Positions 12,998 to 27,310 of a stretch of DNA of 64,000 nt are shown one piece after another. Source of the DNA: the human T2T-CHM13v2.0 reference genome, Homo sapiens; the NCBI RefSeq assembly GCF_009914755.1, contig NC_060925.1. One strand, 5' to 3'. The notes beneath the pieces were generated by a model. That model was not told where the DNA came from. It saw only the letters and a program-made list of their open reading frames with translations, and searched no databases. A program made the translations under genes and the position numbers. Each line of letters starts with the position of its first letter. Within the stretch, counting starts at the first letter, position 1.

Positions 12998-13829
12998 TTA
13001 TGTGCATAATCCCTTAATTTCCTGAGGCCAAGACCAAGAAGGATCATTGATTTAATAATTATTAGTAGAGACAGCAAAAAAAAAAAAAGGAAAACCACAT
13101 TAAAGGTTAAACAAATATTTTACTAATTGAAATACCATCAATTTAACCATAAAAATCGGAATTGTTTTCTTTTTTAGTATCGTGACATGGTCAAGTTTGT
13201 GAATCTAATTCAGATTTCACTGATTCCTCTGAGTCATGTGGGGCCATCAGAAATTACACATAGAGTCATATACATTTTTCATAACCCCTGCTTATGAAAT
13301 TCACATTGTTTAGTAAATTTATAATTATTTTAATTTCAAGATATATCAAAAATATTAGGGCTTATTTAAAATAAACTTTGGCTAATATTATAGTTGTAAG
13401 TTTTAAAAATTGCACTTTATATTGTGGGAATTTAAACCTTTACTCTTAAAATTGAGCACTTACATGTATGTGAATGGAAAACATTTTGAGTAATACATGC
13501 CCAACATGAAAGAATAAGAGTGGAAAAGGGCCAGAGGTTGCTGTTTTCACTTTTCAAATATACTTTTTATATTTACATGATTATATACTTTTCATATATA
13601 ATATGTTTTATATTGTTTAAATACACTTTTATAATACATTTGGAAAATTTTATACTTCTTTTAAATGAGCTTAGATAATCAAATTTAAAAAGTTATGTTT
13701 CATATATGGAAGGAAAAAAGGGAATGCAATTTGGAATACCCAATATGGACACAGGAACTGACGGACAAACATTCCTAAGAAATTTAAAATGGGAACAGAA
13801 AATGACTAAATGATTTCTGATACGGTGAC

Positions 13830-14132
13830 TTTTTTTTTTTTTTTTTTTTTTGAGACAGAGTCTCTCTCTGTCACCCAGGCTGGAGTGCAGTTGTGCAATC
13901 TCTGCTCACTGCAACCTTGCCTCCTGGGTTTAAGCAATTCTCCCGCCTCAGCCTCCCGAGTAGCTGGAACTACAGGTGCACGCGACCACACCCGGCTAAC
14001 TTTTGTATTTTTCACAGAGATGGGGTTTCACCATGTTGGCCAGGCAGGTCTTGAACTCCTGACCTTAGGTGATCCACACACCTAGGCCTCCCAAAGTGCT
14101 GGGATTACAGGTGTGAGCCACTGCACCCAGCC
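13830..14132 (-). mobile_element. AluS (Sx-like), full length
   Basis: Poly-T then gagacagagtctc...cccagcc; TSD (g/a)ata(c/t)ggtgactttt at 13819-13833 and 14133-14147. Confidence 0.95.
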
Positions 14133-14880
14133 AATATGGTGACTTTTAAGACCCCAATTAAATCGCTGGTACACCTCTTTAATGCCATTAAAAACGTTGA
14201 AGAGAAAGAAACATAATTAGTATATAGAGATGCACTATCAGAAATTTAAGAAAGAGCATAGACTAAAAATCAGGCACTATATATCTGTCCTCATAGGATC
14301 ATAAAACAGTGGAGTCAATATGCTGAAAGGTGTGTATATTTCCTGTTTTCAAGAACATTTTCATAGTTATTTTACTACAAAAATATTTTTAGTTATTTTA
14401 CTCCCTACCTCGTAACTTTTTTGACTTAAAAAATGAAAGGAACTGTAAGTTTCCATGCTATGGTTTTCTCCCTCCAGGTCCTCAAAATCCTCTGTCTTCC
14501 ACTAGCATTGAAAAAGAATGGGAGTGATACACTATGGGCCATGCCTGGAACTGGTTCACATGTACTTGTCCATACCTCAGTTCTATGGCTATATTTAACT
14601 ATAGGGAGGTGGGAAAATGGAGCTAATTTGTGAGTCCAGGAAGAGGAGAGCACAGCCATTGGTGACCACTGAGATGATGAAATGGAATATGGCCTAGTCG
14701 TTGTGATACAGTGCCTTTCCAGAGAGCCAGAATTCCCTCCTCCTAGATTCCCAAATCCTACTTTGTTATGACTGGGATGGAAATTAGAGAAAATGTCAAA
14801 CTATATAAGGACATCTACTCATTTTACCTTCAACAGACTTATCTGCCATAAAGTTTTTTTAATGTTTGGGAGTCATTTGC

Positions 14881-15008
14881 TGTGCCTAGTGTTCCATTAT
14901 TGGAACACTAAGCATGTGGGTGTTATTTATATCCTACTCCTCAAGGTCATCACCACGGTCTGAATGCAAAAATTCAAAATATTGCAACCTCAGTCATAAC
15001 TGGGTTAA
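14881..15008 (+). mobile_element. MER85 piggyBac (PGBD3-derived) MITE
   Basis: gcctagtgttccattattggaac...aagcatgtggg...caaggtcatc...aaaaattcaaaatattgcaacctcag...tggg + TTAA (15005-15008); left TIR damaged. Confidence 0.88.
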
Positions 15009-16224
15009 AAAAGCAAGTTACAAGTAACATAAAAATGTAGCCCTAAGACTTTGCTATAAAGAACTTCTTTAATGACAGATTTAGTTATGCAGCAGATGAT
15101 GGACTATCCTGTGTATATAGTAGTGTGAAAGGACTGCTCCCGTTACAAGGAGCTTGGATGCTCTTGTCCATAGGTATTAGCATTATAAAAGTCTCTAATG
15201 ATAAATAGATACAAGTACTAAACTTGGAATAGATAAATAAAACTTCTAATAGTACCTTAGTTTGATCATATTTGGCTTAAAATGAGTAGTAAAATAAAGA
15301 TAAAAAGATAGCATTATGTAATAATTGGAAGGGCTATTCTCAGTTGAGGCTGAGATAGGTGGATATTTCTTTCCTACAAGCTTTTGAATGTTGTTTTGTC
15401 CCAAACATAGTGAGGGTTGGGGTAAGCTGATAATTGGTGTAGTTTCTCTTGCCTGGGATGTAGGCGTCTCCACGCTCAAGCGGTAGCTCTATTGCCCAGC
15501 CTGGCAACAGTATTCTTAAACATATTAAGCCATGTACTTTATGGTTGTCTGTCAAAGAAGAAATGTAAAAGCTTATCATCTGAATCCAAAATAACTTTTA
15601 ACCATAAGTTTAAAAACCAATATTTGTTGATTAAAAAAAGGGGGGTTTCAAAATTACTGTGTCACTTCCTTTAGCATGTCAAGGAGGCAGGCCCAACTGA
15701 TGATAGACTTTTATAAAAGGGTGCTCACATCTTACAGATGGAACTGAATGACTAGAGGCAGAAAAAGGAGAGAGGGGAAGGGAAGTAGATAGTCAGGCTA
15801 TTGCCCTGACCTGGTAAATGCCAAGAGAGGGCTTTTGCTGTGGTTGCCATTGAGAACTCTAGAGGACAGTGCCTCTACCTAAGCCTAGAAGAGGATATAC
15901 CTAAGCAAACAGCATTGCAGTTAGGCAGTCCGAGGGTCTGAGCTCAGTTTTCCTGGTTCCTGGGTGGACTAACACAAAGCACAGAACTTCATGATTAGCA
16001 TGGAGTAAAACAAAGCACAGAACTTCATGCAGGCCTAACTTTGGCATGAGAATTGACAGACTATCTGGCTGGGGAGTTCACAGGAGCAACCATTGCAAGG
16101 ACAGAGGCAAAGGCCACAAGAAACAGTCTTCATCAGGAATATATATGTCATAAAGCCAGAATTTTAGAAAGATCCAACACCAAAAACTTGTTAGCAATCA
16201 TCAAAGTCTCCAACACCAAGAAAA

Positions 16225-16385
16225 CATTGTGTACTGTACTTTCATCTGCAATACATTTAATTTTAATGCTAATCCCTAGGACAAAAAGTATTAACCTTAT
16301 TTTATTAACAGTAAACTTGAACCTTAGAGTAAATAACTTGCCCAGACCACCTGGTAAGTGGAATTTAGATTCATCCTGACTCCTC
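16225..16385 (-). mobile_element. MIR SINE
   Basis: actgtactttcatctgcaatacatttaatt...taaataacttgcccagaccac...ggaatttaga. Confidence 0.55.
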
Positions 16386-16921
16386 ACATAAAGTTGAACT
16401 TGTTCTCATTTAATGTGGCCTATAATATATACTGTTTTCTGTGCCATCTTTCTGTTCTGGTACAGGATATATAATTTATAAAATCGTTCTTTTGGATTTT
16501 GTCTCCAAAAAGGGCCTTATAGAATATCTTCAATCCATTTTGCTAATAATTCTGCCTCCAGAATTATAAGTGAATATGTAGTTGAGGGCATGATGTAAGT
16601 TTAGAGTTATGTAACACCCCAAGTTCCCAAGACCTCCACTGCCCTGGAACAAGATTATACAACCCTACTTGATTATCATGCCTGAAGGATCTTCCAAGTT
16701 AAGGGATTTCCGTGACTTAAAATGAGATGCTTCCTCTGACAGGTTAAACAATAAAACATTTTACAACCGTTTTTACCTAAAAGGTATTATAATCTAGAAG
16801 GACTGGGACATAATTAGGTAAAGCCAAGATTTATAGAGATATGACCATATGCAAGGAGCCGTCCCTGGCATTAAGAAGTGCATACTCTCATAGACAAGCC
16901 AAATACAGTGATCATAAATCT

Positions 16922-17090
16922 CTGTGTGCCAGATACTGTGCCTGACTCTTTACATACAAAGTCCAATTAACCCTCAGAGAAAGTTAAAATTAAAGGTCAT
17001 TATGTCTGTTTTATAAATAAGGAAACTGAGGAAAGAGAAGTTAAATCACTTGTCCATAATCACACAGCAAATAAATTGTAAAGCCTGGAT
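16922..17090 (-). mobile_element. MIR SINE
   Basis: tgtgccagatactgtg...taaggaaactgagg...gttaaatcacttgtccataatcacacagc. Confidence 0.7.
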
Positions 17091-17649
17091 ATAATGTGAT
17101 ACATGTCAAGATAGAAGAAATAGAGTTAGACATGTATATCTCTTATTTAAAGCAAGGGTTAAGGAAAACTTAAAAAACAACAAAAAATGTTGACACCTGA
17201 GCAGATGTCATTTGAAGTTTAAATAAGTTTGACAGACAAATTAAAGAGCACACAAAAAATGTGATATAATATATAATGTCCCTTACATATCAGACAGAAT
17301 TCTTTCCGTGCATTAATCCTAGTGATTCATCTTCAAGATGAATTGTTTAACCACTTAAATGTCAAGGTAAAAATGAAGTATATGCTTGTCACATAACTAT
17401 AACCTTTTTAACAAGGTACTTTTTGTTTTGGAAAGGTAGGGAAATTTCTGGAGTAAGTATAACCACACTTTTGAAACACGTTTCCTAGTAAGAGACCCTG
17501 GGTGCCATGGATGAGTTTGAGAGGCTCTGGTTAGCAGTACAGAGCCCCCATTCTTACCCCAGCACAGAAACAGCTGATGGGTTCAACCTAGGTAGGTGAG
17601 GGTACGGTTTTCAAATATTCATTTCTTCCAGCTTGCATGGTCTATTTAT

Positions 17650-17810
17650 CTCATAGATAGCGTTTATCACATGATATTGTACTTATTCATTTATATAACT
17701 GTTTTCCCACTACCCTGCAGGCTTCAACGGGGCAGGGAATCACATTCCACAGCACCTATATGCCACTGTGATACCTAATAAGCTCTAACCATGTGATGGT
17801 TGAACTAAAC
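17650..17810 (+). mobile_element. L2 3' end fragment
   Basis: ttttcccactaccctgcaggcttcaacggggcagggaatc...cagcacct...taataagctctaa. Confidence 0.5.
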
Positions 17811-19459
17811 AGAAACAATCCTTCTTGCTGATAGCAAACATCATCCCAAACTGAAATGACAGCTTATTAACCTAGCTTGAAATACCAGATCACTCTCTCA
17901 CTCCCGAAGACCTATTCACATTTCCACAGTGACTCAAACTAGAATGTGGTGGTATATGCCAAAAGAGCCAGATGTACTTCTCTATTCATTTTCCTCAGGC
18001 TTTTTAGGCCATATGGTTCTCACCAGTCCTATAATGAGACTTTAGGTTTAAGATTCATAAGTCCATCATTTCCAGAATGCATAGCCCAGACACAGAGCCC
18101 AGGCTATTTTTTCCCAAGTTGACTTGGCGCTGGATCGTGGTGTGATGAATTTATTATGTACAGCAGCAGGCATGGCACTTTTTAAAAGCAAGTGCCAGAA
18201 ACAGAAGCCATTGATGAAAAAAAAAAAAAAAAGTCAAAACTTTGCCAATTTTCTCCAAATACCAGCAGAGTAAACTATCATCAAATACAAGTCATTTTCC
18301 CCATAAATAACAGCATGAAGCAAATGTATTGCATTCTCAACTCTTTAAAAAGACTAAAAATAACCTCAGAAAGCTGATCTAATTATCCTACATAAATACA
18401 ACATGTGAACATTAGAGTATGGCACCGACTAATTGAACAGCTAAGGCTACTGGAGAACTTTTAATGGAAGATTCTAAGATTACATGAGCTAATAATGATG
18501 GCATTAAAAGAATGCACTGATCTTCGCAGTATAGTTTGAAGACCATAAAACATTGCAAATGACAACAGCTGCATTTTGATGTGCAGACAAAGGTCTTCCA
18601 TAAGGGAACTCTGCTTTCAAGCTTTTTATAATATATGGTAAATTCAAGGGGTCTTCTTCCATTTTTCTGCGGAAACACATATTTTCTTAATTTCCTGGCA
18701 TTGCACATTTGATTACTACAGAAATGTCACTACTTCCTATTATACTCTAGTAAGCCTAGTTATGCTAGCATTCTCCAATTTAGACTGATAACACTATCAT
18801 TAAAAGTTATGTTTTAGTTATAGTGCTGATCTCCATGAAAATGCTGGTAATAAGTACGTGCGGTACCATCAAACATGAATGTTACATGTGAAGTAAAATT
18901 AAAAAGTACTGTAACTAATCACTGATTTCCTTTAAGAGATGCTACTAAATATACATTATTAAAGCACTACATACCAATATTGATGAAGTTGAGACACTAA
19001 CAAATAAAGTCCAGGAAGTTAAACACTGAAATCAAAGCAGTGACTTCAATGCAAACTGTACAAAATAAACATACAATATCCATACTGATATGAAATCCAA
19101 ACTTCTAATATGTCATTGGATTTCTTACTGGTTGGACTTTTCTCTTTCTCCAGCTAGTCAAAGATAATTAAATATTTTCTTGAATAGGAAGTGTTTTTTA
19201 TTTTGTGGTAGAGAAAGAAAGCTAAGCCATCGTTGCCGAAATCATTTCACTGTAATTGACTTGCATTTATTTCTTTGTTCAATTTTCCTATAAAATTATA
19301 ATTTTAAAACCTACTTTCCCTATCATTAGGGATATGTTTCCTCTTTAATCACTAAAAATTCAAAGAGCTCAAAACTTGGTTACATTAGCTTCAAAAATCT
19401 GTCATTGGAGAAGGGTCATAAAAATGCTATTTTATAGTTGTAAAAATCACTGATCCCTA

Positions 19460-19945
19460 TTGAGTGAGTTTATTCAGTTAATGTGTTTGAGTCCTATGCA
19501 AGCCACTGAATCAGAGTGAAGGGGTTCTAAGGATTTAAGGACACCCTTTCTGCAAGGTGTCCTCTGTCTGACAGAAGAAGTTCAAGGAAAATATGTAACC
19601 ACCTATAATACAATGTAATAATATAATAGTTGCCATTATTAAGATAAAATTGTTATGTGATTTTAAATGAGCAAAAATAATATATGGATAGTGAATGTAA
19701 AGTGTCATTAAGTAGAGGATGGAACCTGAATAAGAAGGATTTGGTAGGTAGTCATGGGAAGGCCATGGATATTATGCAAGGAAGGACCATGATGAGCAAG
19801 TAGCCTGGTTTTATTGGAGTTTCATATGAGTGATACAATTTTAAGGACATCAGACTAGATGGGGTGGAGTGTGCAGTGGGGAAAAAAGCCTCAATTGCTG
19901 GAATTAAGAGTTGATATTTAATTTTATCAGCAAGGAGGTATATTG
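19460..19945 (-). mobile_element. L2 fragment
   Basis: ttattcagttaatgtgtttgagtcctatgcaagccactg...ttaagagttgatatttaattttatcagcaagg. Confidence 0.5.
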
Positions 19946-19949
19946 AAAA

Positions 19950-20440
19950 TGACAGGATTGAGGACATGCAACCCCAAAATATGGCTCCATGACATATTGA
20001 ATATTTTTAAAGAAATTTGAGAAATGGCAGGTATAGGAAGGATTCTCTGAAATTCTCCTAAATTAGTTCATCAGACCCTCATGTGAGAGGTGCTCTTCTC
20101 ATCCAGAGGAAAAGAGCATCTCTATCTCCAAAGACAGAGGGAAGCCAATAAAACTCTGAACCAACAGGCTTTGCTAAGATTTCCCTTAGCTTCCTACCCC
20201 TAGCTCATACCCTTTTCTCCTATCATATTTTTCTATAACTTGCTATTCTTCAGTCTTCATATAAAAATGCTCGATTAACTATATCCTGTGATCTTTATTT
20301 CCTTAGGAAGGCTCCCATGCCATGTTAAACATATTAAATACATTTGTGTTATTTCCTTTTGTTAATCTTTCTTTCGTTACACAGTATCAGCTGATAATCT
20401 AAAAGAGTAGAAAACAAAATGTATTTTTCTTCCTCTACTA
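19950..20440 (+). mobile_element. ERV1 (MER4-group) solo LTR, LTR37-like
   Basis: caaccccaaaatatggctccatgacatattgaatattttt...gaaatttgagaaa...gaaggctcccatgccatg...attaaatacatttgtg...tttttcttcctctac. Confidence 0.7.
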
Positions 20441-20710
20441 AAGTTCACCAGCAAGAAAGGATGCAAAAAAAAAAAAAAAAAAGGCTAGTCTGGCAGTGGA
20501 GCAAGACATTCAGAGAGTGAAGAAAATCTGGAGGAGTTAAGTTAAGGAGATTGAGTAAAAAAAAAAGAGAGTACAAAAATCATACTAATAAATTAAGCTA
20601 CCTATATAGTAATTTTAGAAGTCAAGAATTCAAAAGTAGAAATTGAATTCGTTAAATACAGGGATAAATTTTTAGATGAAAAGGTTCAAACTGAAGGAAT
20701 ATCTTGAACA

Positions 20711-20793
20711 CATATATATTTATAATAAAATCTATATATATTATATATACATATATGAAATATATAAATATATATAATATATACTATATATAT
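20711..20793. repeat. Degenerate (TA)n-rich tract
   Basis: Interrupted TATATA runs. Confidence 0.8.
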
Positions 20794-20984
20794 GAAAAAT
20801 GAAGTATTTTGAAGTCTTGACCAGACTCAGTAGAAAATACAAAGGTCATGATCAACTAATAATATACAGTCATTTGAGTGCTGATTATTTAGCATCCTTA
20901 GTTTACTTCAGATCTTGTTATTAATTACTTTCTAACAATGATATAGGAAATAATAATAAAAGGGCAAACAAATATGGATACATA

Positions 20985-21285
20985 AACATCATTACCGTGC
21001 TACTATTCAAGTAGAAAAGTAGAAACAATCTAAATGTCTAACAGACTGAGAACAAATAAAATTATTTTAAAGATTATTTAATAATAGGAAAAGGTACAAA
21101 TAATAATATTAAAAGAAAAAACTATATGATCTAATCGTTTTAAAATTATATAGAGGAAAGAGTGTTAAGAACTACTTCAACTTCACAGAATTTAGGATTG
21201 AATAATGAGAATATAAGTAATTTAATTTTGTTATTTGTACCTTTCCATACTTTACAAATGCTTCAAAACTATTTGTAATAAAAGA
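20985..21285 (+). mobile_element. Very old L1 (L1ME-type) 3' UTR relic
   Basis: agaaacaatctaaatgtctaac...gtaatttaattttgttatttgtacctttcc. Confidence 0.45.
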
Positions 21286-21390
21286 CACATTTTTAAAAGT
21301 TTAAAATCTTCCTAAGAGAGGAATTGCTTTCTTCCCAAATAGAAGCGCCATTTTATCTAATATTCTCTAATCTAAGTATAGCCAGACTAA

Positions 21391-21960
<570 letters not shown>

Positions 21961-22078
21961 CTAAAAGTCATCTACTTTCAGTGTAATTTAAAACACGCAT
22001 TGTTGAGTCTTATTATGTGGCAAAATCTGTGCCAGACTTCATTGTTTAAAGGAGACACCCTAAGAAGGACTCTGATGC

Positions 22079-22422
<344 letters not shown>

Positions 22423-22425
<3 letters not shown>

Positions 22426-22724
22426 TGGGCACGGTGGCTAACGCCTGTAATCCCAGAACTTTGGGCGACTAAGGCAGGCGGATCACCTGAGGTCGGGAAT
22501 TCGAGACCAGCCTGACCAACATGGAGAAACCCCGTCTCTACTAAAAACACAAAATTAGCCGGGTGTGGTGGCGCATGCCTATGATCCCAGCAACACGGGA
22601 GGCTGAGGCAGGAAAACTGGTTGAACCCGGGAGGAGGAAGTTGTGGTGAGCCCAGATGGTGCCACTGCACTCCAGCTGGGCAACAAGAGAGACTCTGTCT
22701 TAAATAAATAAATAAATAAATAAA
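22423..22724 (+). mobile_element. AluSp directly abutting the previous Alu tail
   Basis: gaggtcggga...gcctgaccaacatggagaaacccc (Sp diagnostics); (TAAA)n tail. Confidence 0.92.
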
Positions 22725-23626
22725 GACTCTACTGAATCACAATCCTGTGGTGTTTGGCCTGGGCGCAGGGGGAAACATCTTCCATTTTCTTAATTAGTAA
22801 TAACTATGTTGTAATTATAATTATATAAATGCAAGAGTTAAAGGCTAAGGGAACAATTCACCAAATTAAACATGAATAAGCAATTTTCTGAAACCCATTT
22901 GGTCTGATAGTAAACAGCCCAATGGAATATAAACTGTGGATATTATGATTTCCCCAGGGTGCTTTTCTGTCATAACCAAAGACCCAAAGCCTTATGAATC
23001 TGTTTTGGTTCTATCCAATTTTAACTCAGCTAACCTAGCAGTGTTACTAATCCAATTGAGTGTGTGACCTGGCTAAAGTGGACAGCATAATAGAGCTGTA
23101 GCTGTTTTGACAATGTCATTTCTCTGCTAGGTTCCAGTTATTCAGTTCCATCTATGATTTATATGCAGAGTTCTCCATGGTTTGGTAATAATTTTCTCTG
23201 TTTTTATGATTCCAGGGAAATAAAAGATGCCTTGCAATCCATTTATGCCCACTAGCTCTACTTTATAAACTCTTTATCACTCTGAGGAACATGATATTCT
23301 ACTTTATCCAAGTTCTAAGAATGTTTCTTGAAGAATTGAGAAAGTTCAATTCAAATAAAACTAAAGAGTGGCTCACAAAAGAAAGGTTTTAAAAATGTAC
23401 TCCAATCTAACTCTTCTAGTAACTGAGGCACAATGCCACTTTCCTGTTTAATCAAAACTGCTGAGCCTGACATTAAGGACCTTTTGCTATAGCCCTTTGT
23501 AAGTACAAAATTAAATATCTTGCCATATTTTACCTCCTATCTTTTACCCCAGCCACATAAAGTTTCTTTTAATTCAAGTTCACATGTTCTCTTAGACACA
23601 CTGTTACTCCTTCTGCTTTCTTTCTC

Positions 23627-23748
23627 TTTTTTTTTTTTTTTTTTGAGACAGAGTCTCCCTCTATCCACTGAAATGCAGTGGTGCGATCTCAGTTCACTGC
23701 AACCTCCACCTCCTAGGTTCAAGTGATTCTTATGCCTCCCAGGTAGCA
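23627..23748 (-). mobile_element. 5'-truncated Alu right-arm fragment
   Basis: Poly-T, gagacagagtctc...gcaacctccacctcctaggttcaagtgattc. Confidence 0.85.
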
Positions 23749-24189
23749 GTTACGATGACTTGCTTCTCTTCATCTCCCCCACACTTAACCCCCAAACTTC
23801 CCTGAAGAATTTCTATTCAACCACCAACACTCTGATTAGGTTATAAAATTAATGAATACTTCCATTCAAAAAGAAAATTTGGATATGTCCTGAGATCTAT
23901 CAGTATTATACTCTGTTAGACAATTTAGTTGATTAAATGATCTTTGTGTCTGGTAATGTAGCAAATTTGTCATCCAGTATTGACGAGAGACAGACCACCC
24001 TGGAAGGGTCACAGATGGAGCCAAAATAGATAGGCATTTGGGCACTTGCTGAAATTGTAGAAGCATACGCACTAAAGAAAGAAATTTCTGGTCTTTCTAT
24101 TTTTTTGTGGCTCTGGTTTAGCATTAATTCTTCAGGGAAATTCAAAATCACTGTTATTGTTCACTTTCATAATGGTTGTATGAGGCACT

Positions 24190-27100
24190 CAATGGACCTG
24201 TTATCCAGTAAAACAACCATAATTAGTGAAGATCGTATATTTTAAAAATAACCATTTAAGGTCTCTGAAAATTTTACCAAAGGCATATAACAATTAAGAA
24301 ATGTGTTCAAGAAAATATGCTAATGTTCTGTCAGAACGGTGAGAGTCTATTGTACTTGAGCCATTACCAGTTTCCTCCTTCTCCTGTTCCAGTGTGATGG
24401 ACACTCTGCTCCAGGAAGTTGTGGCTAAGAAGATGGTGCTCCCTTTTGCCCAAGCTCACAGTGAAAGGCTAAAGTAACTTCATGGTATGTTCAGGCTGTC
24501 AGTATTTTTCACAATCCCCAGCCTTGTGTTACTGATGTTCAATTCCAGGCAAGTGCCAACAAGAATTTGAGCATTTCCCTTCTCCATCCAATCAGTTCTC
24601 AGAGGGTAAAGTCTGTACTCCATGTGTGGCACACAGAGAATACGGGGGCCTCAATTACTCTTACCTTAGCTGCTAGTAGGGCAGATGTTCAATGCCAGGA
24701 AAGGCAAGCCAAGAAAACCTGATGCTACCACATTTTTCCAGGGTGCTGCTGATAAAGCAGTGTTGTCACTCTGGGAAAAGTAGGACACTATCACCATCCT
24801 CAGTTCTGGAGTACTGATTCAGACATTTAGCCTGGAGAAAGAGGCAGGCCATAATAAGAGAGAACTCTGAAGTTCTCCCCAAAGGAACTGACTTTATTTG
24901 GAACAGGGTGTGGAAATTTTTAAGGCTAAGAGTATTTGGGAAAACAATATTGATTATATTGTTAAGCAATTATGAAAAGGCTGTTAGCTCCTCCTAAAAC
25001 ATAGGGCAGCTAGTTTACCAGAGAGAAGCAGGAAAACAGACAGCTGAGAAGAGTCTTCTTGAGTCATAACCAACCTCAGATACTGGCTTTAAAAACTAGA
25101 CCTGCAAAGGAACTTGAATTCAATTCGATCAGAGTATAAAAAAATGTATGTCCAATGACATTGATGAAAACAACAACACAATCAGATAGCAATTAGGAAA
25201 GCCTAATGCTGAGTATGACACTAAGAGAGGCAGCTAGCTTAACAGTGATCAGGGAAAGAGACAAAGAGAGTCCTGCTAAAGAACCATCATTCCAATGTGA
25301 CTGTTGGCATGTGCAAGGTTTTCTCCTCTAAGAAGTGACATCAGAGGCTTCACTGTGGGAAAAATGAACTTCAGTAAAATAGTTCAGCCAAGTCTCTGAG
25401 TAAATAAGCAAATCACATCAGCAAAGAGAGTAACAAAAAAGGTAAATACAAAAAGATTCACAGATGACACATCATATTAAAAACATAGAAAGCCAAAGAC
25501 AAGACAAAAATCTTGAAAGCAGCAAGAGAAAAGTACTTGTAATATACAAGGGAACTTTAATAGAGCTAACAGCTAATTTCTCATCAGAAACACTGGCCGC
25601 CAGGTGGCAGTGGGACGGCATGTTCAAAGGGTTGAAATAAATTTTTAAAAAGTTAATCAAGAATCTTGTATTCAGCTAAGGTATGTTTCAAGATGAAGAC
25701 AATGTAAGGGCTTTCCCAAATAAACGAAAACTAAGATAATTCATCTATAACAAATTTGCCTTACAATAAATACTAAAGAAAGTTTAAGGCCAAAAGCAAG
25801 TGGCACAGACAGGAATTAGAATACACATGCAAACACAGACATAGGTAAAAATAATTATGAAATTATTAAATACAACATATGTGCATATTTCTTCATTTCC
25901 TTCATAAGTTACTTTAAAAGTAATTTTATAAAGAATATATTTACATATAAATGCTTCTTGGGATTAAAGCATATAGAAATATAGAATATACTGGATAACA
26001 ATAAAGAAAAGGAGAAAAGAGAGAGCAAAGTGGTAGGAGAATGCTGTGAGATAATAACTTGAATGCACAGGAACAAATAAAGAGAACCAGAAGCAATAAA
26101 TAAAAAGATTAAAATAAGGATCTCTAGAAATATATACTTACTCTTTTTTTCTCCTAGTTTCTTTAAAAATTAAATTATATGTAGTAATAATTATATCAAT
26201 AGACTGTTGGGTTGTTAACATGTATATATGTAAAATATACAGCAGTAATAGTTCAAAAATGGGAAAGAGAATAGGGCAATATAGGAATGAGTTTCTGTGT
26301 ATCACCGGAATTAGTATAAACCAGAAGTAGACACTCATAAGAAAGCAGTATATAGTAAGTCCTAAAGCATCCACTAGAAGATAAACTCGTATAGAACTGG
26401 TAACATTATACTGTAACATTAAAGAAATATTAGCAAACATTTCAATGAAATCAAAATTTTACACACTAGAAAATATTCAGTTGATACTAAAGAAAGCACT
26501 AAAGAAGAATAAAAAAGACATGAAACATATTGAAAACAAAAGTAAAATAGCAGATATAAATCCAGCTATATCAATAATAGTATTAAATATAAATAGATTT
26601 TAAAAGTTAATCAAATGATAGAGATTGTCAAATTTGATTTTTTTTTAAATCCACCTACATATGGTCCACAGGGGACATACTTTAGATTCAAACATAGAAA
26701 TAGGTTAAAAGTGGAGGGATGAAAATATATGTCATCCAAAGAGCAACCATAAGAAAACTGGTGTGGCTGAACTAACTAATATAATATAAAATAGACTAAA
26801 GAAAGTTACTAGACATAACGGATGACATATTAACAATGATGTAATAATTCATCAGGAAGTTATAATAATTATAAAAATATATCCAATTAACAGAACCCTA
26901 AAGCACATGAAGAAGAAACTTACAAAATTGAAAGGCAAAGAGACAACTCATAATAAAAACTGGAAATTACCATACCTAATTGTAATAAAAATTAGATCAA
27001 CTATGTGGAAAATAAAATGAAATTTAAAATTTAAAAAATTTTATATACCAACTAGATCTAACCAACACATATGGAATACTCCACTCAAAAATAATGAAAA

Positions 27101-27310
27101 AAGGTAGAATTGAAACCATACAGAGTGTGATTTCTGACTATAATTAAATGAAATTAGAAATCAATAATTAAAAAATGAAAATTCATGAATATGTCAAAAT
27201 TAAGACACTCCTAGAACCAATGAGTCAGAGAAGGTATCACAAGATAAATTATAAAATACTTTGAGAAGCATGAAAATGAAGACACAAAATTCCAAAAATT
27301 ATGGAATGCA
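24190..27310 (+). mobile_element. Old L1 (L1MD/L1M-type): 5' UTR, ORF1 remnant, inter-ORF, endonuclease part of ORF2
   Basis: 25470-25640 gives KAKDKTKILKAAREK...YKGTLIELTANFSSETLAARWQWDGMFKGLK (ORF1p); 26550-27310 is ORF2 EN-like (tttctgactataattaaatgaaattagaaatcaataat). Confidence 0.85.

Noticed and set aside
23933-24151. Minus-strand ORF with acceptor-like ttctttctttAG
   Set aside because: No convincing donor and no recognisable homology
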